58,220 nt of DNA, from NCBI GenBank assembly GCA_029100885.1, contig JAQXPY010000042.1, positions 1 through 58,220 of the forward strand. The letters are read 5' to 3'. This DNA is from Clostridiales bacterium (GTDB lineage: Bacteria; Bacillota; Clostridia; Lachnospirales; Lachnospiraceae). Both the position numbers and the translations under genes were made by a program. Below the pieces are notes generated by a model that was not told the origin of the DNA, ran no database searches, and worked only from the letters and a program-made list of their open reading frames with translations. Positions 1 to 6,994 of this stretch are shown here, piece after piece. Position 1 is the stretch's first letter. Each line of letters begins with the position of its first letter.

Positions 1-165
1 AATGGCCTCATTGACACACGCAGGTGCAGGAACATTAGGATTACCGAGGCTGAAGTCATAGACATTTTCAGCACCGATCTCAGCTTTTCTGCGGGCGCCG
101 TATTCGGAAAGCTCTCTGATGCAGCTGCGGCTTAAGCCCCAACCAAGCGTTTTTTCTGGTAACAT
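1..165 (-). CDS. PLP-dependent aminotransferase (class I/II), N-terminal ~55 codons only; the gene runs off the left edge
   Basis: Reverse-strand ATG at 163-165 preceded by AGGAGGAT (rc of 171-178). Translation is MLPEKTLGWGLSRSCIRELSEYGARRKAEIGAENVYDFSLGNPNVPAPACVNEAI; the DFSLGNPN segment is typical of Asp/Ala-type aminotransferase N-termini. It is absent from the ORF track because it is open-ended. Confidence 0.7.
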   Translation of the reverse strand, partial: MLPEKTLGWGLSRSCIRELSEYGARRKAEIGAENVYDFSLGNPNVPAPACVNEAI

Positions 166-466
166 ATCTTATCCTCCTGAAAGTGTAGATTATTTGTACA
201 ATCTGTTGTTGATCGATCATCTGTCCGGCACCCGGCAAAGTGATTTTTCTTCTGAATATCGTGCCGTGTGCTCCTGATGTGTCATGGTGTGTGCTGTTAC
301 TATTCAGCACCCGGTAAAATACATTCGCAATTCACTCGCCTTTGGCTCGCTTCTTGCTCATGTTTTTGCCGTCTGCTCCTCAGACCCGTCACGATCTCAT
401 ACGGAAAAATATGCAGGCACATTTTTCCTACTGATATCGCGGCATGTGCTGAATAGTTACCGTTTT

Positions 467-2755
467 TTACAACTTGCTTCTGATGACGGTGCCGTTGGCA
501 GTCTTAGGAAGCTCTGATCTGAACTCTACTATACGCGGATACCTGTAAGCAGCGGTATGTGTTTTGACATAGTTCTGTATCTCTTCCTTAAGATCGTCGG
601 ATGGCTCCTTATCGTCTATAAGAACCACGCTGGCCTTGACGACCTGTCCTCTTATTTCGTCAGGAACAGCCGATACTCCGCATTCCTTTACATAAGGAAG
701 CTCCATGATGACGCTTTCCACCTCATAAGGACCTATACGGTAGCCCGAGCATTTGATAACATCATCGACTCTTCCGATCGGCCAGAAATAGCCGTCCTCA
801 TCCTTCCATGCCAGATCGCCTGTATGGAAATAACCGCCTGCAAATACCTTTGCGTTCGAATCCGGGGAGTTGTAGTAGCCTGTCATAAGTCCGATAGGCA
901 TGCCCTGACTTATGGAAATGCATATCTCGCCGGGTTCCCCGGTCTCTACCTCGTTAAGTTCGGTGTCAAGAAGACGGATATCGAAGATAGGATTGACCTT
1001 TCCTACAGCTCCGGCCTTAGGCGTCATGCCGATAAAGGAGCCGAGCAGAAGTGAGGTCTCCGTAAGTCCGTATCCTGTCATGATGGAAAGACCGGTCTCT
1101 TTCCTGAAGTGGTTGAATACTTCGGCGCTGAGGTTATCCCCGACGGAGCACACATGCTTAAGGGAAGACAGATCGAAGCTCTTCAGATCCTCATGTAGAA
1201 GAGCCCTGAACATGGATCCTGGAGCGGTAAACGAGGCGATCCTGTATCTTTCGATAAGCTTCAGAAGGTCAGAAGGCTTAATCTTTCTGAAATCATAGGC
1301 AAATACTCCCGATTCGCAGATCCACGGACCAAAGAGCTTTCCCCAAAGAGCCTTTGCCCAGGCGGTGTCGGAAAGACAGAAGCTTAACGTATCGGGCTCA
1401 TTGCAGTTCCAGTAATAGCCTGTAACAAAATGCGCCAGCGGATATCTGCAGTCAAAGCAGGTCGCCTTTGGCATGCCGTCCGAGTAGGACTGGAATATCA
1501 TCATCAGTGGATCACTGCCGCAGGCGGAATCTCTTGATCTCAAAAACCTTGCCGACATCCTGTCATATTCGGTATCGAAATCATACCAGCCATCAGGAGC
1601 GGAGCCTGCAGCTATCTTAATAAGAGACCTGCCGTATCTGGAAGCCGCACTGTCAATCTGTCCGGTTATAAAGCTGTCGCCGCAGGCTATGACTGCGCTT
1701 ATGCCTGCCGCTCTGAACCTGTACAGGTAATCCTTCTCAAGCAGCTGGTCGATAACGGGAACGGCTACCGCACCGATCTTCTGGAGAGCTGTAATTATGA
1801 TCCAGAAATGATAGGAACGACGCAGCACAAGCATGACACGATCTCCCTTTTTGATACCGAGGGAGGCAAGGTAATTGGCGGCACGTCCGCTCTTTTTCTT
1901 TATATCCTTAAATGTAAAACGGCGTTCCGTAAGGCCTTCGTCCAGATGAACGAGTGCTGTCTTATCAGGCTCTGTATCAGCGATCCTGTCAACGATATCA
2001 AAGGCAAAGTTGAACCTGTCGCTATTTTTGAAAAAAATACTTTCAAGTACGCCGCTGCCGGATTCCTTAGGCGATACAAAGTCCTCCCATACACGGCGGC
2101 GTCCGGTCTCCCTTGTAGCTGTAAGGACAGGAACCTGGGTACGCGCCTTTGAGAAGTCAATATCCTCCGGTGAGACCATAGCAGCTAAAAAAACACAGTC
2201 CTTACCGCCGGAGGCTATCATGCCGTGCGGAGCCGAGGAATCGTAAAATATCGTGTCCCCGGCATTCAGAACCTCTGTATGCTCGCCGATGCGGATCTTC
2301 AGACTGCCGCTGAGAATATAGTCAAATTCCTGACCTATGTGAGAGGAGACCTCTATAGGGAGGTTTTCCTTTTCCGGATCGTATTCAACAGTCACAATGA
2401 GCGGTTCCACCATTCTGTTTCGGAATTTTGAGGCAAGATTATGAACTGTCATGCCGTTGGCTCTGCTGACAGTACCGGTATCTCCTCCGCGGTTTACCGA
2501 GTATGAGCTCAGATTAGGCACAGCTCCTTCGATAAGCTCATTGATATCTACATTAAAGACCTGGGAGCAGGTATAGAGAAAAGCATAGTTCAGCTCATGC
2601 TCACCGTTTTCAAAGGCAGAATAGTCTTCCGCGGAAATACTTAAGATACCTGCCATATATTCCTTTGTAAAATTATGAATATGCCGCAGATCTCGGATAC
2701 GCCTTCTGATATCAGATGAACTGAGATCAGGCATGGTTGTTTCAGACATGATCAT
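467..2755 (-). CDS. XRE-HTH + cupin domain fused to an AMP-forming acyl-CoA synthetase-like domain (762 aa); the catalytic motifs are degenerate, so it may be a non-catalytic sensor or regulator paralog
   Basis: The N-terminus has an HTH_3-like segment (IRDLRHIHNFTKEYMAGILSISAEDYSAFENGE) and a cupin (GQEFDYILSGSLKIRIGEHTEVLNAGDTIFYDSSAPHGM). The C-terminal ~520 aa align along their length with the neighbouring paralog and carry adenylate-forming motifs (GYGLTET, YFHTGDLAWKDEDGYFW, GRVDDVIKCSGYRIGPYEVE). The A3 loop reads FQSYSDGMPKA and A10 reads PKTANGTVIR (Lys replaced by Thr). Confidence 0.85.
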   Translation of the reverse strand: MIMSETTMPDLSSSDIRRRIRDLRHIHNFTKEYMAGILSISAEDYSAFENGEHELNYAFLYTCSQVFNVDINELIEGAVPNLSSYSVNRGGDTGTVSRANGMTVHNLASKFRNRMVEPLIVTVEYDPEKENLPIEVSSHIGQEFDYILSGSLKIRIGEHTEVLNAGDTIFYDSSAPHGMIASGGKDCVFLAAMVSPEDIDFSKARTQVPVLTATRETGRRRVWEDFVSPKESGSGVLESIFFKNSDRFNFAFDIVDRIADTEPDKTALVHLDEGLTERRFTFKDIKKKSGRAANYLASLGIKKGDRVMLVLRRSYHFWIIITALQKIGAVAVPVIDQLLEKDYLYRFRAAGISAVIACGDSFITGQIDSAASRYGRSLIKIAAGSAPDGWYDFDTEYDRMSARFLRSRDSACGSDPLMMIFQSYSDGMPKATCFDCRYPLAHFVTGYYWNCNEPDTLSFCLSDTAWAKALWGKLFGPWICESGVFAYDFRKIKPSDLLKLIERYRIASFTAPGSMFRALLHEDLKSFDLSSLKHVCSVGDNLSAEVFNHFRKETGLSIMTGYGLTETSLLLGSFIGMTPKAGAVGKVNPIFDIRLLDTELNEVETGEPGEICISISQGMPIGLMTGYYNSPDSNAKVFAGGYFHTGDLAWKDEDGYFWPIGRVDDVIKCSGYRIGPYEVESVIMELPYVKECGVSAVPDEIRGQVVKASVVLIDDKEPSDDLKEEIQNYVKTHTAAYRYPRIVEFRSELPKTANGTVIRSKL

Positions 2756-2825
2756 TTCCTCTCAATCTTTGTTTGCCGAGGCTGTCCCCCTGCAGGAAAC
2801 GTCCTTGGTATTATCTTATTTTATC

Positions 2826-2850
2826 ATATGTGGAGTTATATATGTGGAGT
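2826..2850. promoter_or_regulatory. Direct repeat ATATGTGGAGT x2 (2826-2836 and 2840-2850, 14-bp period) overlapping the putative promoter of the 467-2755 gene; candidate operator
   Basis: Two exact 11-mers read directly from the sequence. On the minus strand they lie just upstream of an extended -10 (TGaTAAAAT, rc of 2818-2826), covering the -35/spacer positions. Confidence 0.35.
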
Positions 2851-2940
2851 ATTTTTTCATTTATTCGTAAGAGGATCGGTGTTCAATGAGGGTGTGAATG
2901 ATCTTCGCCGGTAACCAGATCGGATCACCGAAACTCATAT

Positions 2941-2977
2941 AAAAACAGCCATCGGCCAATAAAGAGACTGATGGCTG
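2941..2977 (-). terminator. Rho-independent terminator downstream of the 3027-5336 gene
   Basis: Minus-strand hairpin CAGCCATC(16-nt loop)GATGGCTG followed by UUUUU (rc of the A-run at 2941-2945), about 50 nt after the stop codon. Confidence 0.6.
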
Positions 2978-3026
2978 CGGATGCTTATTATAGCGTAAAT
3001 ATTAATGATAATTATCCTTATTGGAT

Positions 3027-5336
3027 TTAAAGCTTGTTTCTCTGGATCTTTCCGCTGACTGTCTTAGGCAGTGAATCGCGGAATACTACTATACGAGGAT
3101 ACTTGTAAGGAGCAGTCTTTTCCTTAACATAGTTCTGGATATCCTTCTTGAGCTCTTCTGTAGGCTCCGTACCCTTTACAAGCACGATGCTTGCCTTAAC
3201 GACCTGACCTCTCGTCTCATCCGGCTCGGCGGATACTCCGCATTCTAAAACATAAGGAAGCTCCATGATGACAGACTCGATCTCGAAAGGTCCGATACGA
3301 TAGCCGGAGGACTTGATGATGTCGTCGGTCCTGCCCACATACCAGAAGTATCCGTCCTCATCTCTCCATGCCAGATCGCCTGTGTGATACCAGCCGTCGT
3401 GCATAGCTCTCTTTGTGGTCTCGGGATCATTGTAATAGCCCTTGAAGAGTCCGCAAGGAGTACCCTTGGAATAGTTGATGACGATCTCGCCCGGCTCTCC
3501 TGTACCGACTGACTCCCCGTCGGAATTTACGAGGTCGATCTGATACATAGGACTCGGCTTGCCCATTGAGCCTGGCTTTGGAGTCATTCCTACGAAGTTT
3601 CCGACTGTCAGCGTTGTTTCTGTCTGTCCGAAGCCCTCCATGATGCTCAAGCCCGTAGCTTCCTTAAATCTGTCAAATACTTCAGGGTTCATCGCCTCAC
3701 CGGCTATGCTGGCATGCTTGATGCTTGACAGATCGTATTTGCTGAGATCCTCCTTGATAAAGAAACGGTACATCGTAGGCGGAGCACAGAAGGTAGTGAT
3801 ATTGTATTTCGCGAACAGAGGAAGCAGATCGTCGGAATGGAATCTGTCGAAATCGTATACAAAGGTTGCTGCTCCGTTCATCCACTGACCGTAGATCTTC
3901 CCCCAGAGAGCCTTGCCCCAGCCTGTATCCGATATGGTGAAGTGGATGCCGTCAGGATCCACATCGTGCCAGTAACGGGCTGTTGCAAAATGACCGAGAG
4001 GATATTTGCAGCTGTGCTCCACAGCCTTCGGATACCCGGAGGTACCGGAGGAAAAGAGCATGAGCATGGTATCTTCTCCGCAGATGCATTCGCCTGTGCG
4101 GCGGTAACGGCTTGAATACATATCATATTCGTCATCGAAATCATGCCAGCCCTCTGCTTCGGCTCCCTCACAGAGACCGCCTGTCATGATCTTGAGCTCC
4201 ACGGTAGGGCACTGAGGCAGAGCCTTTTCGACCTCCTCATGAACGGTGCCGAAGGAGGTGCAGACGACCGCCCTGACAGATGCCGCATTGAAGCGGTATT
4301 CCAGATCCTTTTTAAGCAGCTGGTCTGTGGCAGGTATGGCAACGGCTCCCAGCTTGTGCAGGCCTACGAGAATAGGCCAGAATTCCCAGTTTCTGCGAAG
4401 AAGCAGAAGCACCTTATCACCCTTTCTGATACCCTGTGCCTTGAAATAATTGGCTGCTCTGGCGCTCATTTTCTTCATATCGTTGAAGGTGAAGCGGCGC
4501 TCGTTCTTTTCACGGTCAAGGTGGAGCATGCACAGACGGTCAGGCTGCTCTTCGGCGACAGCGTCCACAACATCAAAGGCAAAATTAAAGTTTTCTGTAT
4601 TCTTAAATACTAGCTTAGTCGGATAGCCTGCCTCATTCTCCTCTGTCTGTATAAAATCTTCGACGAAATTAGGCACAGGCTTGCGGTACACGGCAGGAGC
4701 TGTCTGAACAGAAGCACTGTTTCTCAGGTGACCGTCCTTCCATACTACCTCCGAACCCTCTTCAGGGAGAATGACTGAAAGGAATGTGACATCCTCTCCG
4801 TTGAGAGCTATCATTCCGTGAGGATTTGAAGAGCTGTAAAAGGCACTGTCACCCACATTAAGAATCTCTTCGTGTTCACCGATCTTAAGCTTCATAGAGC
4901 CCTTGAGTACTATATCGAATTCCTGACCGGAATGGGTGACCTGATGGATAGGAGCAGTTTGCTCCTCCTCGGAGTATTTGTATGTTACCCAATACGGATC
5001 TGCCTTACGGTTTTTGAAAAGAGGTGCAATGCTCTTGATCTCAATACCCGGCTCTACAGCTGTGATCTGTCCTTCACCGGCTCTTGTGATCTCATAGCCT
5101 GTAAGCCGCGGGCTGGTTCCCTCAAGCAGCTCCATCATTTCAACGCCGAACACATTGGCGCATTTGTGAATGAAGGAGAACGGAAGGTCTGCCTCACCCT
5201 GTTCGTAGAGCTCGTAATCCGAAAGGCTGAAGGCGGTAAGAGCAGCCATCTCCTCGGTGGAATATCCGCTGTCGAGACGGAGCTGTCTGATTCTCTCGGC
5301 TACCTCATGAAGCATTTTTCCTGTTGTTTCTGTCAT
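3027..5336 (-). CDS. XRE-HTH + cupin domain fused to a medium-chain (ACSM/Macs-like) AMP-forming acyl-CoA synthetase, 769 aa, catalytic motifs intact
   Basis: HTH (RIRQLRLDSGYSTEEMAALTAFSLSDYELYEQGE) and cupin (GQEFDIVLKGSMKLKIGEHEEILNVGDSAFYSSSNPHGM) are present. Intact adenylation motifs: A3 LFSSGTSGYPKAV, A5 GFGQTET, A7 YHTGDLA, A8 GRTDDIIKSSGYRIGPFEIE, A10 PKTVSGKIQR. RBS GGAGGAAAAG lies upstream of the ATG at 5336. Confidence 0.9.
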   Translation of the reverse strand: MTETTGKMLHEVAERIRQLRLDSGYSTEEMAALTAFSLSDYELYEQGEADLPFSFIHKCANVFGVEMMELLEGTSPRLTGYEITRAGEGQITAVEPGIEIKSIAPLFKNRKADPYWVTYKYSEEEQTAPIHQVTHSGQEFDIVLKGSMKLKIGEHEEILNVGDSAFYSSSNPHGMIALNGEDVTFLSVILPEEGSEVVWKDGHLRNSASVQTAPAVYRKPVPNFVEDFIQTEENEAGYPTKLVFKNTENFNFAFDVVDAVAEEQPDRLCMLHLDREKNERRFTFNDMKKMSARAANYFKAQGIRKGDKVLLLLRRNWEFWPILVGLHKLGAVAIPATDQLLKKDLEYRFNAASVRAVVCTSFGTVHEEVEKALPQCPTVELKIMTGGLCEGAEAEGWHDFDDEYDMYSSRYRRTGECICGEDTMLMLFSSGTSGYPKAVEHSCKYPLGHFATARYWHDVDPDGIHFTISDTGWGKALWGKIYGQWMNGAATFVYDFDRFHSDDLLPLFAKYNITTFCAPPTMYRFFIKEDLSKYDLSSIKHASIAGEAMNPEVFDRFKEATGLSIMEGFGQTETTLTVGNFVGMTPKPGSMGKPSPMYQIDLVNSDGESVGTGEPGEIVINYSKGTPCGLFKGYYNDPETTKRAMHDGWYHTGDLAWRDEDGYFWYVGRTDDIIKSSGYRIGPFEIESVIMELPYVLECGVSAEPDETRGQVVKASIVLVKGTEPTEELKKDIQNYVKEKTAPYKYPRIVVFRDSLPKTVSGKIQRNKL

Positions 5337-5488
5337 TTCTTTTCCTCCGTATCAGTAAAGTATTGATGCAGGCATATAGAATGATTGAATGCAGTGACGG
5401 CGTCGGGCACTTACGTTTTATAAAAATGCCGAGCCCGGGCCGTATCTACGGGATAGAGCTGACCGGAATAGGAAACCGGATATAAAAC

Positions 5489-5757
5489 AAAAAAGCCCGT
5501 CCCAAGAAAAAACCTTGAGACGAGCTGCTTATATGCATACCCGCGGTACCACTCAAATTGCGCTTTGACACGCCACTCATCAGACTCCTGCAAGTCCTGA
5601 GCACTAACGTAGCTTACACGTGAGACCCTACCCGGTATTCGCTCGGATCTCCGACTCGGAAGTGATGGATCATTGGGATGCCCTTCGCCCTGCTTCCAGC
5701 CAGTGACAGGTTCTCTGTTCTCCGGACGCTTCCCGATCGTCTTCGTCAATGTCTTTT
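5489..5757 (-). promoter_or_regulatory. T-box riboswitch leader (candidate specifier AUC = Ile) with intrinsic terminator, upstream of the 3027-5336 gene
   Basis: Elements on the minus strand: the Stem I base GGAAG...CUUCC; an AGAGA bulge followed by the distal loop UCACUGGCUGGAAG; an F-box-like ACGUUAG; and the T-box core AAUUUGAGUGGUACCGCGG (rc of 5541-5560). The terminator is AGCUCGUCUCAAGG-UUUUUU-CUUGGGACGGGCU (rc of 5494-5526) followed by a U-run. The candidate specifier is rc of 5664-5666 followed by A. Confidence 0.85.
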
Positions 5758-5762
5758 GACAC

Positions 5763-5791
5763 ATTAAAGCACAAGAGCATTGATATGTCAA
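5763..5791 (-). promoter_or_regulatory. Sigma-70-type promoter for the T-box leader (TTGACA-17 nt-TTTAAT)
   Basis: rc of 5786-5791 is TTGACA and rc of 5763-5768 is TTTAAT, with an exact 17-nt spacer. It sits immediately upstream of the first T-box helix. Confidence 0.6.
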
Positions 5792-5816
5792 TAAAAAATT
5801 TCGCAGGTGCGGGCTG

Positions 5817-5843
5817 GCGTTTTTGAAAGCGTTTTTGAAAGCG
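5817..5843. repeat. Tandem 12-mer GCGTTTTTGAAA x2 (+GCG) in the divergent intergenic region
   Basis: Read directly: gcgtttttgaaa gcgtttttgaaa gcg. It lies between the T-box promoter (minus strand) and the putative moxR promoter (plus strand). Confidence 0.6.
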
Positions 5844-5846
5844 GGT

Positions 5847-5875
5847 TTGCCATCAGGTCTGAATGGGGATATAAT
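5847..5875 (+). promoter_or_regulatory. Putative promoter of the MoxR operon (TTGCCA-17 nt-TATAAT)
   Basis: TTGCCA at 5847-5852 and TATAAT at 5870-5875 with a 17-nt spacer. It would give a ~120-nt leader containing 14-mer direct repeats (5895-5908 and 5939-5952). Confidence 0.35.
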
Positions 5876-5999
5876 CGATTTATCAATTGAGAAAATAATC
5901 AGGCTGCAAACGGAGATATATACAGTCTGCAAGGAGATATAATCAGGCTGCATACCGGGATTATGATAGTGGATATATTCAGAACTGACGGAGGTAATA

Positions 6000-6968
6000 A
6001 TGGAGGCTGAAAGGATAAGAGAGCTGTCAGACAGGCTGCTTTTTGAAACTGAAAAGATAATAGTCGGAAAATCCGACAGAATAAGGCTCATGATAATGGC
6101 AGTACTTGCCGGAGGGCATGTGCTTATAGACGATCTTCCGGGGTTGGGCAAAACAACGTTGATCAAGGCACTTTCGGCAGCGCTTGGCTGTGAGTTCAGG
6201 AGAGTGCAGTTTGTGCCGGATCTGATGCCTTCGGATATTTCAGGAATGAGGATATTCAATCAGAGGACAGGAGCCTTCGAGCTGTCGGAGGGTCCTGTCA
6301 TGACAAATATTCTGCTGGCAGACGAGATCAACAGAGCTATTCCGAGGACTCAGTCGGCTCTGCTGGAGGCAATGGAGGAGAGACAGGTCACCATTGACGG
6401 AGACTCCATCAGACTGCCGCAGCCGTTCATCGTGCTGGCTACTCAGAACCCGGTGGAGTCGGAAACTACATTTCCGCTTCCTGCAGCCCAGATGGACAGA
6501 TTTCTTATCAGGCTGTCTATAGGCTATCCTTCTCATGAGGAGGAGCTGCGTATGCTTGGAGTGCTCGGAGACAGGATACCATTTGAAAGCGTTGAAGCAG
6601 TAACGAATGCCGGTGAGCTTTCAGTTCTTATAGGGGAGCTTTCGGAGGTGTCGGTGTCAGAAAAGGTTGCGGACTATATCGTAAGAATAACCGAGGCTAC
6701 CAGACATAGCAACGAGCTTAGATCCGGCGCCAGCCCGAGAGCATCAAGGGCATTATATAAGGCTTCTAAGGTGTGGGCTGCTATGAAGGGCAGGGATTAT
6801 GTTACACCTGATGATGTGAGAGAGCTGGCGCATCCTGTGCTGGAGCATAGACTGATCCTGTCATCCCAGGCCGCATTTTCCGGAAGAACCGCAGGAGATG
6901 TACTGGAAGAGATACTGAAGGGTACAGTTCCTCCGCCTGATGCGGACGGTATTCTCGGTATTGGATAG
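6000..6968 (+). CDS. MoxR-family AAA+ ATPase
   Basis: Walker A DDLPGLGKTT, Walker B LLADEINRA, sensor region VLATQNP and the C-terminal ASPRAS motif are typical of MoxR/AAA_3. RBS GGAGG lies before the ATG. Confidence 0.9.
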   Translation: MEAERIRELSDRLLFETEKIIVGKSDRIRLMIMAVLAGGHVLIDDLPGLGKTTLIKALSAALGCEFRRVQFVPDLMPSDISGMRIFNQRTGAFELSEGPVMTNILLADEINRAIPRTQSALLEAMEERQVTIDGDSIRLPQPFIVLATQNPVESETTFPLPAAQMDRFLIRLSIGYPSHEEELRMLGVLGDRIPFESVEAVTNAGELSVLIGELSEVSVSEKVADYIVRITEATRHSNELRSGASPRASRALYKASKVWAAMKGRDYVTPDDVRELAHPVLEHRLILSSQAAFSGRTAGDVLEEILKGTVPPPDADGILGIG

Positions 6969-6994
6969 TCACAGCAGAATTAAACAGGGCAGGA

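Noticed and set aside
80-310. 76-aa minus-strand ORF from the track
   Set aside because: It is in a different frame from the RBS-preceded ATG at 165, which encodes a recognisable aminotransferase N-terminus. The 76-aa product has no recognisable features.
5560-5720. Possible SRP RNA or cobalamin riboswitch, suggested by the minus-strand CUGGAAGCAGGGCGAAGGG segment
   Set aside because: The surrounding sequence contains the T-box core (GAGUGGUACCGCGG), an AGAGA bulge, an F-box-like element and a terminator/anti-terminator. The GGAAG-rich segment is the Stem I distal loop. No SRP domain IV symmetric loop or B12-box context is present.
5411-6259. 282-aa minus-strand ORF in the ORF track
   Set aside because: It spans the T-box leader, two promoters and the 5' end of moxR. 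Its product is low-complexity Ser/Ile-rich with no RBS or recognisable motif. The RNA element and moxR explain the region better.
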